NCBI GenBank assembly: GCA_951406725.2 | Contig: OX597819.1 | Location: forward strand, 133,734,001 to 133,798,000 | DNA from: Octopus vulgaris | Lineage: Eukaryota | Reading direction: 5' to 3' | DNA length: 64,000 nt | Part shown: piece after piece, positions 1 to 13,303 of the stretch | How positions within the stretch are numbered: the stretch's first letter is position 1 | Layout of the letters: the number at the start of each line of letters is the position of its first letter | Notes under the pieces: generated by a model | What the model saw: the letters and a program-made list of their open reading frames with translations, nothing else | Database searches by the model: none | What the model was told of the DNA's origin: nothing | Made by a program: the position numbers and the translations under genes

Positions 1-643
1 AATCTTTCCACTTCAAATTCTTGATCACAGTCTCCAGACCCACACTCGACCACTATCAGAAAATACAGCAAATCTGGGCTCATCAGAGAATATGACAGTG
101 TCCCAAAATGGTTTGGGTCTTTCTACCATCTCACTGACCCAATCTTTCCTCCGCTTGATGTTGGCTGGTCGAAGAAGTGTCTTCCTTCTTGCTGCTCTGC
201 CATAGTAACCAAGCTTGTGGAGATACCTGATAGATGTTCTCGGACTGACACCAACCTCTGCTATGTCAGAGGCCTTACAGCGAGGATTATCCTCTACACT
301 TCTTTTAACAAAGCAAAGGGTCCTTTCAGAGGGCCCTGGTTGGTCTGGGCGAGGTGATGTAGCCTTCTTCCCCACTCTGGTGAATTGCACACTCACTTTA
401 TTAACTGTAGAAAGCAAGATCCCAAGGTTTTCTGTGATTTTAAACTATGCCCACATTCAGAATGACCCACAAAACGGCGTATTTGATATTCAAACAGTTT
501 CAAGGCTTCTTTTGTACATGTCATGATTAAACAGTCACAGAGAACTTGAAACAAAAATGTTAATAAAAAATATAAACCTTACAAGTTAGAATAAACATAA
601 AACGATGTTTTATGGCATGTCTATTTACTTCTGTGATGTCAGT
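1..643 (-). mobile_element. Tc1-like DNA transposon, 5' part with degenerate transposase (continues past window start)
   Basis: ORF 25..417 has HTH_Tnp_Tc3-like text (VSPRTSIRYLHKLGYYGRAARRKTLL) and the first catalytic motif IFSDEPRF..GRVWVWR. The probable terminus abuts (TA)n at ~643. Confidence 0.85.
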
Positions 644-663
644 ATATATATATATATATATAT

Positions 664-748
<85 letters not shown>

Positions 749-752
749 CACA
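643..752. repeat. compound microsatellite (TA)n(TAGA)n
   Basis: Seen directly in the sequence. Confidence 0.97.
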
Positions 753-3700
753 CACTCATATATGTTAACATGAATGATAATGCCTCTTTGTCACGTGTGT
801 GTGTGTTAATATAGATTCGTATAGTTGTCTATGAAAATGTTGTCTACATTGTACTTGTGTGATTTTCAATAATGCAATTTAATGTTCGCCTATTCCGAAT
901 ATTGTTATTTGTTATAGTCTCCTATATTGCTTTATGTCCCGTATATTGCTGTTATAGTCTTGTACACAGCCATATCACTCTACAAACGCTTTGACAGATA
1001 TGACAGCGATGCCTAATGACATCCATGCAGTCACAATATTAATAATTTATAATCTGTATTCTTCCGGTGGACATCGACAGAACCTTTAATATTCGTCTTT
1101 CTCAATTTCTGATGTTTTGTTGCTGTTTTTGTTGCTATTAGTATATATTTTTTATCTTTTGCTTTTTTACTATTTCTTTCTTTTCCTCTTCTCTTTAACT
1201 CCAGCCTGCTTCTCTTTTCCTTTTATATTCTTCTCTATATTTGGACTATTTTATTATTTAGAAGTCGTACATAAAAAAAAAATTCTTTGATAATATATTC
1301 TGCGGTTTCTGTATAATTGTGCTGTAATCATATAACTATGGTTGGTTTTATTAAAATATTACGTAAGAATTATTGAAACATCTGTGAGAATTGTTTTCCT
1401 TTATTCTTTCAAACATGTTTTGATTCTTTCATCCATGTTCGCTTATTCCACATTATAGGCCACACTGTTTGTGGAAATGTATTTAACTTGTGAATTTTCG
1501 GAGTTTAATATGATGTGATAAATTGATGTCTAATATGTATGGTTATTTATTGTGCTTTAGGACCCCTATATACATAGACACACAAACACATCGTCTATGT
1601 ACTGGTATGTTTTTTTGTACAGATATGTATGCATGACTTTTCTATTTATTAGAATTTTTCTTAGAAGAAATAATGCAGTTTATAACTAAGAAACAAATGT
1701 TCCTTAGTTATAAATGCGAGTCAAATCTCACATTCTTTTTCTTTTCCAGACTATTTTTTAAAGTGAATTAACTGGTCTTTTCTTGGCTGTAAAAACTACA
1801 TTTTCCAGGTTGTTATATATCATGGTACGTGGACCCATAACTCCATATTTACGCTTGTATTGTGTGTGTTTGTATCACTGCAAATGTGTTTTAAATTTTA
1901 CTCCAATACTCTGGATTTCTAACAAGTTTAGATCTTTATCTGCATTAATTCTTTAAGTATCGGAATAAATATTAAGTTTAGATTTGATCCTGATATGCAT
2001 TTTCAATGGTTTCTTGTCATCGACCAACTGAAGACTAAACCGGATTTATCATGACCACATCTTTGTGATAAGGTCTAATTTAACTAAACGAATTTGCCTA
2101 AACGTTATACTTCGAGTGATTTGTCTGTTTTTGTCCGTCTATAATTACGCAAACAGAGAATTCTACCGGGCTATACACCACAGCAATTGTGTATTGAATA
2201 TTCTGATACTGTGATACTAGTAAAGAGAGAAACAAGTTGTAAAGGCTATATATGCATAATGCTGGTGTATACCGGAAAGGTATTAGATTATATGACTATT
2301 GAAAACGTTTCAATACAATTCTGCTTGAATATAATTAAGCAGTTTGAATACATTCAATTTCAAGAATCAATAGAAATAACAAATGCTATAAATGGTTTCT
2401 TGTTATGATTTCTGCAGCAGGACTCATAAATATATCAAATTTACGGTTATCTGCTTTTAGGTTAAAACTTTATACACATTAAATTCGTGTTTCAGATTCT
2501 GTGAACCCTAAGGATACTCAGAAAAGACAAAGAATATGCTGCTATTCAAGTACGAAATCTATAGAGATGCTCTAATTATCTTGAAAGTTAGCAGATATTT
2601 TATTCTATAAGAATCAGTATTTTGAATTTCGTAAGCCATTTGTTATTCATTGTCATACTAATCTGGTGGTTATGTATTCGAAACAAAGAACTGAACCTAA
2701 TTCCTATTCCCAGAATTGCTTCTCTTTTGTTGGTAAGACCCTTGGGAAATAATGATAATTTTAGTTCTGATTTATTTCATAAATTCCTGACATTAGGTCA
2801 GTGTAGAAATATATAAAATCATCTTAAATTAAAATGGTGGGTACAGCTTCATTAAAAACAAGTACAATTGTGTACTGACCCATAAGATAATAGTGATGAA
2901 TATTGATTTTGTTCATTTTAATTCTTGATATACGGTAAGAATAGTTGTGATATAACAAGGATGGTAGAAAATGTGTAGAATGATTTTATATATAATTATT
3001 GTAGCCTAGGTTATGGAATAGATTCAAGTACAACATTGTTAAAGCTATAACTGCAAATTTTAAAGAAAAATAACATAAAAATGATCAGGATGAAGAAAAC
3101 ACCGTCACTTTGCGCTTCGTCAATCGGGGTCGATAAATAAAGTAGCATATCAAAGAGTTGGCGGTTTAGTTGCCTTGCAATATCTGTTCCGTCATTTTGC
3201 TTCCTGACAGCATACTTTGCGATGACACTGGCATCAAACCACAACAGTGTTTGTCATTTTCTTGATCTTGTTTTAGCATCGTGAAGAGAACCTTATAAAT
3301 GAAACTGCTGGTCTCCTATAATAGAAAACAAAAACAATTTTCCAAGACATATGCATTGGAGAAGAACTTTATAGATGCAGGTTCACTGGTTTTGTGATAA
3401 ATACGGTGACCTGGACTAGAAATGATGCATAAACAAGACGTGAAACGATCAAACTCTGCGTGTAAGCTAGAAGAGTACCGAAATGATATAACATGGCCTG
3501 ACTGAATCCCACCCGCGTATTTGTTAGGACGTATGCTTTAGCACGGAAGAGGAAATTAACTTGGAATATGTCGTATGGATTCAGAAATGCTTATAACATT
3601 TAGCAGATTGCAGAACAGTGAATGCCCCATCGCTAAGGAGTCCAGAATCTGAGATAATATCGATTGCACTCTCTTAGACAATGATCCATGCCAGGACCAT

Positions 3701-5296
3701 GATTTAAATGCTTATTTATGCAGCTCTCAGCAATCTGTATGAAACAGATACTACGCCATGTTCCAGTGCAGTAGGTTAAAATATTCTCATATGTAAATTG
3801 GTAGGGGTCTTAGGTCATCCAAAAGGAAAGATTATACTTCCAAAGTAGCACATGTATTCATGTGTGGACATATTTAATGTAGAATATTTAATGAGCTGAT
3901 GCAGTTTTTCCTGAATTTTAATTTTCAAATTCTATCATGCAGAGCGTAGTGCACTTATGCATATTTAAGTGTAGTCCTCTTCCTCTCTCTCTTTCCCCCT
4001 CTTTGTGTATATGTGTGTGCTTGTGTGTGAATGTGTGCTTGTGCATTTGTGTGTGTGTGTGGTGGGGGGGTACGTGTGTGCAGGATTTTTTCATTGTAGG
4101 CTATATGCGAGAGAAGTCGGAAATCCTGAGCGAAAATCTATCTTTCTCGAAAATATATCCGGTGCTATCTGGAAGCATTTATTAAATTTTAATGGAAATG
4201 AATCAATATACCTGCTGAGAATTCTTACTTGAAACTGCTGTGAGTTTTAGTCAATTCATTGCTGTATAATTGGCAATTGTAAACACTGTGGAATGGTGTG
4301 CAATACAGTTAATGATAGTTTCGTGTCCCGGAAAGAAAAGCCAACGATGCAAGCAAGTTGAGAAAGAGTAGGAAATCATGGAGTAATATGGATGACGAAC
4401 AGACGGACGTTAATCGCCTCGACGTGGTTTCGCTGGAAGAATTATAAATGTGAGATATTCATATCGGAGATGCTGATGTGTTAATATTAAAAATAGACTG
4501 TTAACGCCTTATCTGCTAGTAATTGGTATTTATTTTATATAATTACAAGCTTTTAATCCTGACCTTTGTATTTCGTTTAGAATATATTTAATTTAAAAAT
4601 ACTTTGTATAATAAACAATTTCTCTCTTTAAAAAGTTAGGATTTGTTGGCAATGAGAATCGTGAGTTATAACTAGCCGCATCGGCGATCGGTTAACATGT
4701 GAGTCGATGGCTTAGGCCAGTGGTCATTGCCAACCACAGATGCACGTTTTTAGCGTGTTGCTTAAAAGTTGCTTCGGTGTCGCATGTTCATAGTCCATCG
4801 CATATTTCAAATTATCCCTTTCGCCTATTATTGGATAAACGTAGCCAATGAGAAAGATAACAGAAATATTGCGACTCAAAGAAGGGAGAGTGTACGTGTG
4901 TGTGTGTGTGAAGGTGAACTTTGCATTTTTGCTCCACTAAATAGAAACGCCAAATTCTCTCTTTTCGTCCCTTCTTTATTTTCTCTCTCTCTCTCTCTCA
5001 CTCTTTCTTTCTTTTCCTCTCTTTTTAATTTCTCTGTACGCAAGTCAGTTTCAATCTCTCGTGGGTTTCATAGATACTCCTTCTCTTGTCCTGTCGGTCC
5101 TTCTCATAAACCTAAAGGTGCTTCCTCAACGACCACCCCCCTCGTCCCCTTTACTTTATCTATTCGTCTTAACCGCGGTCGTCCTCTTTCCATTCAAGCT
5201 CCATCCTCACATGATTCTATTTTCCACGAAATTTACCAAATAATATCATCTTTAGCATCTGTCCAGTTTCTTTTGGCGTTTTGGAGACTCATCAAC

Positions 5297-5721
<425 letters not shown>

Positions 5722-5910
5722 ATCATTAAAATAGCCGCAAAGTCAAATACAGGGTGGGGGAGCATTTGAAAACTGTCCTTGGTTTTTCGCCATAATGGTA
5801 TCTTAAACTACGTAATCATATCAGTTCTTGTTGAAAGGAAATGGTGTGTAATACAGAATATATAAAGAGGGGGAAAGAACTGATATATATATATATGTAT
5901 ATATATATGG

Positions 5911-6068
5911 CGTCTTTCAGTTTCCGTCTACTAAATCCACTCACAAGGATTTTGTTGGCCAGAAGCTATTATAAAAGACACCTGCCCAAGGGGCACGCAG
6001 TGGAACTGAACCCGAAAGCATATAGTTGGGAAGCAAGCTTCTTACCACCTAGCTACGCCTGCGCCTAT
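5911..6068 (-). mobile_element. SINE family 1 (tRNA-like head), 5' half
   Basis: Matches the head of the full copy at 59904-60298 (GGCGCAGG..TGGTAAGAAGCTTGCTTCCCAAC..GGTTCAGT.CCACTGCGTG). Confidence 0.85.
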
Positions 6069-6772
6069 ATACAGAAGAAACGGTAAAAAGATAGGAGGTA
6101 TGAGAGGTGGAAATATTTAGTTAAGCGCTTGCGATCGTTTGGATTATTACGTGATATTGGCAGCGAAACAGCCGTAACCCTAAGCATGACTAGTAATTAA
6201 ATAAATATACTCACCTCTTCTACCTGCTGGACTTAGCTGCATGGCATTCTACATTATACTCATCCTGTTGGATTACTCTATTAATCGAGTATCTATTAGT
6301 CGAGTCCGTCAGAGAAGCTGTGTGTGCAACGAGCATTGCAATTATATCTAAGACTCATTTCCATACACAGTGCCATAACGGCTTTAAGCTGAGTTCTGCC
6401 CAAACATTTCAATCTTTCTAACACCTCTCAAGGGATGAACCTTCATGGGTAATTTAAAATTCTTTGTGACAGCCTGGTTATAATGACATTACCAAATACG
6501 CTTTGCCGGTACTGTTCTACATTGATATATACACATGTTGACAATGACATCAATGAATTACTCAAATAATATAATATTTAGCTTGTTGTAAAATATTGTA
6601 GTTAAGAATACGTTCGTACATATAGCGATACAAGCAAAAATATTGTTAACTTACTCACACACACTTATAGAGTCATACACTTATCTGTCTTTTTCTATAT
6701 CAATGCTTCTGCCCCTTTCTTTCCCATTTCTATACATATGTATATACATATATAAACATATAAATATATAAA

Positions 6773-7270
6773 CCGTTCAACCCATACAACGTTAAAGTTA
6801 ATTACCCCTGATTAGACAACATCGTACCCCACAGTAGACGCAAGTACACACCTACATTTCCCAACCTGTAATCCCCGAAATCCTACCTGCTGCCCTCTAA
6901 CGGGATCCTGCCTCTCAACGTTTGTGGTATAGAAAGCCACCCTTTCACCATCCGATGAAACAACAAGACACTACAAGGCATGACTGCCAATAGCTTCAAT
7001 GAAAGGTATACACAGCATATGTACTCCATGAGACAGGAAAAACTCCACCTCTCTGTCCCGCTCTATCTGGAGATTTGATGACCACTAGAAAAATTCCCCC
7101 GATATCGAATAGATTAGCATCGGCAGGGCTCCAGCTTACCCATTACTCACAATTGCCAACTGTCCCCCACGAAAGACCTGCAGTATCCATCAATACGAAT
7201 AATGGACCATCTTATTTTTGCGCCAGAAGAACGTCCTGCTTGCGCATTCAAGCTATTGGCCGCCGGTAAT
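6773..7270 (+). mobile_element. Penelope-like element, degenerate C-terminal GIY-YIG endonuclease fragment
   Basis: Frameshifted translation gives FNPYNVKVNY, CCPL..CL..VV, GMTANSFNERYTQH and a later CQL motif, in the order typical of the PLE linker plus GIY-YIG domain. Confidence 0.65.
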
Positions 7271-8086
7271 CTAAATATAACACCCGAGGCTTGCTTCCCC
7301 TGCACACAGGCACGAAATCCTTAACGTCCAAGCTCTCGTGTTACATTATCCATGCAGATCATCATGCTTAACTTTATTTCTTCTTTACCCAGCACCACCA
7401 AATCTTAGTCTAGCAATAGTCTAATCGATCCTCCACCAAATCGCTGTCTCTAATTTATGGCAACAAATACAACAGATCAAAACACCAGACGCGTGTGCAC
7501 ACACAGATACATGCAAACACCAGAAACACACGTATATAATCAAACACACAGCAGATACACACATACGCTCACACATACGCAGTAGATACACTCTACACAT
7601 ATACACACACTCACATTTCGTGCCCACATGCATATGTCCACCAGCGAACTGATGTCGTCAACACACAAACATTCATACGTGATAGTCTATGGTGTAGTTT
7701 TTCTATTTACTGGACACTTGTATACAATCAGTTTCGTATGAATTAGTATAATCGACTATGATTGATTCGAGGAATGGAAAGACGAAGGTTGGAAGGCAGA
7801 GCATTTTCCAGTCGGATTCGGATACAGAGCATTCGTTGGACACAGTGTGTGGCGCTCGGTCTCACTCATCGTAAAGCAAATGCCACAATGAGTGACCGCC
7901 AGACTACAGTGGAAAAGGTGAACCTCTGGATTTCGTTTAAAATAGACGATGAGCAATGGCTACAAGGATGTTCAGTGATACTTAATAACCAATTGATCCA
8001 GCAAGCGGGGCCTCATTTCAGTGAGGTGGACGGCGCGCAGTGATGCTGTCGAGATCGAACTCTTAAGGTAACTTTTAGTAACACAA

Positions 8087-8458
8087 GGCAGCCAGCTGGC
8101 AGAATCGTTTAGGACACCGAGCAAAAGAGTGAACGATCTGTTTGCCGCTCACCATCTTGCTTGTCGAGCTAAAGTTCTGAGTTCAGATTCCGTCGAAAGT
8201 CGATTTTGCTTTTAATCCTTTTGGGATCGATAAAATACGTACCAGTTGAACGCTGGGGGTCAACATAATCGACTTTCTCTCTCCCCTGGCTTTGTTTCAA
8301 AATTTGATACCAATAATCCTAATCACACAAGGCGGCAACCTGGCAGAATAGTTAAAGCGCCGGACCAGATGCTTAGTAGCATTTTTCTTCGTCTTCACAT
8401 TCTAAGTTCAAATTTCGCCGAGGTCACCTTTACTCTTCCTTCTGGGGTTGACGTAATC
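8087..8458 (+). mobile_element. two adjacent copies of SINE-like family 2 (8087-8315, 8331-8458)
   Basis: GGC.AGCTGGCAGAATCGTT head, TTCTGAGTTCAAATT B-box-like motif and GTCGATAAAATA.GTACCAG body, shared with 30100-30320 and 58456-58612. Confidence 0.8.
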
Positions 8459-8871
8459 TGCTAAACTGCTAAACTGCTATCCAGCATTTGAAACCACTGT
8501 TCATAATCACCATTTAATTGCAGCTTTTACACTTCCTTACTTATCTGTTTCTAAATCTAATTTATTCATTAAGGCGGGTACCACTAATTGGTTAAAACTC
8601 AATATACCGATGCCTCAGAAGAAATGATATTGTGAGTATAGAGCAAAATATTAGTTCACGAATGTGGAAGAGACAGGAGGGATCACTTTTTGAAACTTAC
8701 AGCTGTTTCGCTATAAGAAGCTTGCACTTGAGCACTTCATTTAAAGAGGCTATGAAATGGCACACAAGCACTCAGCTCTGAGTGCAAGATTCTTTTAGCA
8801 GAAACCGTAGCAGTTGCAAACTAACGAAAAGGATTAAACAATTCTTGCTGTTTAGTTATTCATAAATTGAC

Positions 8872-8938
<67 letters not shown>

Positions 8939-9238
8939 CCTGTCTGTGTGTCTGTCTCTATCTCTAACTCTGTATATAGATAGATAGATTGATAAATGGA
9001 TAGATAGTTATGTGTGCCATGTGTGCGCATGTGCCATGTGCGCGCGTATGTGTGCCATGTTGGACCGCTGAACCTACACGTTTTTATCCCTTCTGTCTGT
9101 ATTTATTTCCACTTCTTCCTTTCTGTTGAAGAGCGTAGGTTCGAAATGCAAAATACTTTTCTGTTTTTCCGGACCGTCAAACTAATACACTTGCTCGTTG
9201 TTCCTACACCTGTCTTCATCTTTTTTTTAATATTTGAA

Positions 9239-9291
<53 letters not shown>

Positions 9292-9352
9292 GTATATATA
9301 TGATATATGTATATATGTATGTATGTATGTATATATACGTATGTATGTATAT

Positions 9353-9409
<57 letters not shown>

Positions 9410-9425
9410 CAAATAGGTAGATAGA
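8872..9425. repeat. microsatellite cluster (TATC)n, (TA)n, (TATG)n, (TAGA)n flanking a ~200-bp pyrimidine-rich element (9050-9241)
   Basis: Seen directly. The internal element has the same layout as 37291-37515. Confidence 0.9.
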
Positions 9426-9581
9426 TTTAACGGTTGTAGTAACAGACTAAGGGATAAATTATCCGTATATACTATCGGTATCCGTTACCTGTGTTATCCC
9501 CGGGCAATGGTGTGCAGGGACACCATATACGTCGAGCGCAGATGACGACAGGATAAACAAAAGTTTATCAGGATTCAATGC

Positions 9582-10025
9582 AAATAATTAGAAAATGGAG
9601 AAAAACATAGATTAACCAGTAAATCGATTGGACAACATTTTAAAGCTTGTTTATTGATACAAAGCAAGACATAACAGCTGTTTCTGATCAGATTCCCAGA
9701 ATGCAGTTTAAACATAAATGCAAGAATAAAATCCTTCATCTTCATAGGGCATTCGAATTAAGGCAACCGATTTGTCTAAACCATGTTTTCGTTCTTTTTC
9801 CTCCTTCCTTTTGTTTATATTGCATGCTCTTGTTTTTACTCTGATGAAGATCGGTTGCCTTAATTCGAATGCCCTATGAAGACGAAGAGTTTTATTCTCG
9901 CATTTATGTATGGACTGCATTCCGGCAATCTGATCAGAAACAGCTGTTTATCAATAAACAAGCTTTAAATGTGGTCCAATCGATGTGCTGGTTAAACTAT
10001 GTTTTTATCCATTTTCTAATTATTT
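9582..10025. repeat. ~180-bp inverted repeat (9582-9771 / 9850-10025) overlapping a hammerhead-like motif
   Basis: Arms are reverse complements with one ~13-nt indel. CTGATGA lies at 9841 and GAAACAGCTGT at 9937-9947. Confidence 0.9.
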
Positions 10026-10114
10026 ATATATATATATGTATGTGTGTGTATGTGTATGTATATCTATCTATCTATCTATCTATCTATATATATATTTTTT
10101 TTTGTTTTTTTGTT

Positions 10115-10322
10115 TTTCCAGTTTCAGCTCTTGAGCTGTGGCCATGCTGGGGCACCGCCATTGTGGTGAAAGAGTACAGCAGGGATCACCACCCCCTGCC
10201 GGAGCCTCGTAGAGCTTTTTAGGTGTTTTCGCTCAATAAACACACACAACGCCCAGTCTGAGAATCGAAACCGCGATCCTGCGACCGCGAGTCCGCTGCC
10301 CTAACCACTAGGCCATTGCGCC
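10115..10322 (-). mobile_element. tRNA-derived SINE (family 3)
   Basis: Minus strand reads GGCGCAATGGCCTAGTGGTTAGGGC (A box) and GGTTTCGATTCTC (B box), with tail GGCGGTGCCCCAGCATGGCC..CTGAAAC. Confidence 0.85.
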
Positions 10323-10419
10323 TCTAAATATATATATATATATTTGCGTGTGTGTGTGTGCATGTGTGTGTGTGTATGTGTCTGTGTGTGTATGTGTATG
10401 TATGTGACTATTATATAGA

Positions 10420-12010
10420 CACAAGGGCGACGTTGCCCGAATTCCCACGGGACATATTCCACTTGGCAGTTACAGAAAAAAGAGTTGGTGTTAGAGGTTT
10501 CTTGAGAACTAATATTCTAGAGAGGAAGGAAAGTGAGCGGGTATTTAGTGTGCGGTGTAATGGTCAGTACGATAGGCGTATCTACAGAATCGATACTATG
10601 CCTACGCAGACTTATTGAATAATCAAAAGCATTTAATCGCGACCTTGCAATGGTATTTGTAGACTTTTCTAAAGCGTTCGATTCCGTAGATAGGTACAAG
10701 ATGTTTGAAATCCTTAAGCTCTATGGGAAACCAGACAAAATCATTTCTGCCATCAAGGTCCTCTACACAGATACGTCTTCAACCATCTTAACCCCTGACG
10801 GAGAAACATCATCTTTCTCAATCAAAGCCGGAATACTGCAGGGAGACACACTCGCCCCATTTCTTTTCATCATTGTTGTTGATTATGTGCTACGTATGTC
10901 AGTTGATACCATCTCTGGCAAGGGCTTTGAAATAAAACCAAGAAGAAGTTCCAGACACCCAGCTGAGTACTTGACAGACACTGACTTTGCTGACGACATC
11001 GCTCTTATCAGTGATTCTCTCTCCCATGCCCAGTCTATTTTACAATCTCTTGAACAAGCCTCAAATTGTGTAGGTCTTTACCTCAATGAGGCCAAAACTG
11101 AATACATAAACAAGTGCCTGTCCAACAGTGATTGCATCATCCATACTCTCAACAATGCGCCCTTAAATATGGTTTCTGATTATAAATATCTTGGGTCATA
11201 CATATCATCATCTGGAAAAGACTTTCTAACTAGAAAAGGTATGGCCTGGTCAGCCTGTAATGACATGCATAAGATCTGGTCATCAAATCTAAGTAGAGAC
11301 TTCAAACTTGAAATCTTCAAAGCCACAGTCGAACCAATTCTACTATATGGCTCAGAAACCTGGACGTTATCAAAGAAGCTTGAGAGGCGGTTGGATGGAA
11401 CCTACACTCGCCTCCTTATAACAGCTCAAAATCTCTCGTGGAAGCGCCATCTAACCAAAATGCAAATATATGGGAAATTACCTGTGTCATCTCTTGTGAA
11501 AGGTAGGAGAGTCCAGTTTGCTGGAATTGTTGTAGAGCTGAAAAAGAAGTAATTTCTACTCTTCTCCTCTGGAAGCCATCTACTCGCAATACCAGAGGGC
11601 GCACACTCTCCTACACTGATGTAATCTCCAGGGATACAGGCATCCAGCAACAGGACCTCCGTAATGCCATGATGGACCGTGAAGTCTGACGTAGCATGGT
11701 AAATTCCATTGTCTCGACCACGGTCGAACAATGATGATGATGATGATAGGCGTATGGATACCATCAAAGGTGAGACTGTGTGTTGGGCTTACCTCAGTAG
11801 GCTTGGTTCTAGAGAAACTTGTGCAGAAGAGGAATGGAAATTACGAAAACTGTACAAAAGCGCAGAGAAGAGATATCGGGTCTTTGGGAGAGAGGTTGGA
11901 CTGAAATTGTGAGTGACTGCATTCCAGTCAGTTTAGTATCCTCTTTTGGATGAGGCAACAGTGGCAGCAGGCACAATCCGGCTTGGTTTTGTATTAAAAT
12001 TCCCTCAGTG
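10420..12010 (-). mobile_element. old CR1/L2-like LINE 3' fragment interrupted by the RTE insertion
   Basis: Minus-strand translation LTISVQPLSQRPDISSLRF resembles the QPLSHRR.VASL.LFY motif of CR1-group ORF2 C-termini. The sequence is continuous across the RTE target-site duplication. Confidence 0.5.
10582..11744 (+). mobile_element. 5'-truncated RTE-clade LINE (RT domain) with (GAT)n tail and 11-bp TSD
   Basis: ORF 10650..11552 has FVDFSKAFDSV, GILQGDTLAPFLF, FADDIAL, YKYLGS and LLYGSETW. TSD GATAGGCGTAT at 10571-10581 and 11745-11755. Confidence 0.95.
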
Positions 12011-12139
12011 ATAATAAGCAAGGCTTCTCAGAAGACGAAACCAACCAGTTAACTTGTACGTTAGAAAGACAATCTCTAAGCGGAACAGTAAAAATACGCA
12101 GGAGTTTTATCAATCTGAATTTGTTTTGGGTTTTTTTTA

Positions 12140-13245
12140 TCTACATTCCATTGATGGAACTTTGTTGAAACCCAGCACCTTTGTTACAGGAAGAGAAAAC
12201 CTACGGCACTGCATTTGGAAGGTATTTTGACAAAACCATGGAAGAGATACCTTGCCAGTTACTTCATAATCTCTAGATACTCTGGAAGAATTTGATATCC
12301 TCTTGGACAATCTACACTCGACTTTCCATTTTACAAAGGTGATGAGTAGCACCAAACTACCATTTCTAGACATAATGGCAATTAAAATGACACCACCATC
12401 ACCACTGATATATACTATAAACACAGAGATACACATCAACACCTGAACTTTAAATCATGCCATCCAGCACATACAAAACAGAATATCTCATACTGCCTAG
12501 CCAGAAAAATCTGTACCATAATGGAAGATGTCAATCCAAGGGACAAACACCTATCAGAACTCAAAGAATTTCTACTGAAACAAAAATACCCGTCTTTACT
12601 TAGAGAAAATGGTATACAGTGTGCTATAGAAATACCCATACAAAAACTTAGGGTAACCCATAAAGGAGGACAAGAAGAACAAGCCATACCATCAATAGTG
12701 ACACGTAATCCGTGACACCAAAATATATTTAGCATTGCCAAAGCAAATTTGCCGATCACTGCTCAAAATAAGGAATTAAGGATATAAACATGGATCGAGT
12801 TATGGTTCTAAGTAAAAACAGATGAAGAACTTAAGACACTTATTAACAAAGGTAAAGTTTATCCTAAGTAACAAGGATAATCGATGTGGTACAGATCAGT
12901 TCATACGTATCAATCAATATATAAACACAAAAACCGGAAGAATATTTTCAAATGCAACTATGAACTGCAAAAGCAGAAATTTAATTTGCTGCATCAAATG
13001 CCTAAATTGTGAAGAGATATGCATTGGTCACACCGGGAATGCATCGGAACTTATTGGAACTTTCAAATGTGCAGCGACACCAAATTAGAGACCTTGATGT
13101 CCGTCGGAAACCTTTAAGCAACCATCTGGCAAAAAATCTATAATATTCTCATTTTACAAACTACGCAACCCAAGTGTAGTTGAGACAAAAGTCAGAGAAA
13201 AGAACTTTATTAAGAAATTCAAACTCGTTTTAAATGGACAATAAT
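12140..13245 (+). mobile_element. Penelope-like element, degenerate RT C-terminus plus GIY-YIG endonuclease
   Basis: LPFLDI, HPAHTKQNISYCLARKICTI, LSELKEFLLKQKYP, then CKSRNLICCIKCLNCEEICIGHTG (GIY-YIG with CxxC). Ends in (TAA)n. Several stops and frameshifts. Confidence 0.85.
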
Positions 13246-13303
13246 AATAATAATAAGTTTTAAATCTTTGAGCGAGAAATGTGTAATAACTGTACCGTAC
13301 ATT

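Noticed and set aside
800-1990. Possible decayed retroelement ORF1/gag with zinc knuckle on the minus strand (similar hint at 25300-26050)
   Set aside because: Only a CxxC-like fragment amid many stops. It cannot be assigned without a profile search.
2028-2095. CTGAAGA with weak hairpin and TAAAC
   Set aside because: Too degenerate to distinguish from chance in AT-rich DNA.
6205-6270. Consensus minus-strand donor GAG|GTGAGT with short upstream frame MQLSPAGRR
   Set aside because: An isolated splice-like motif with no supporting acceptor or homology.
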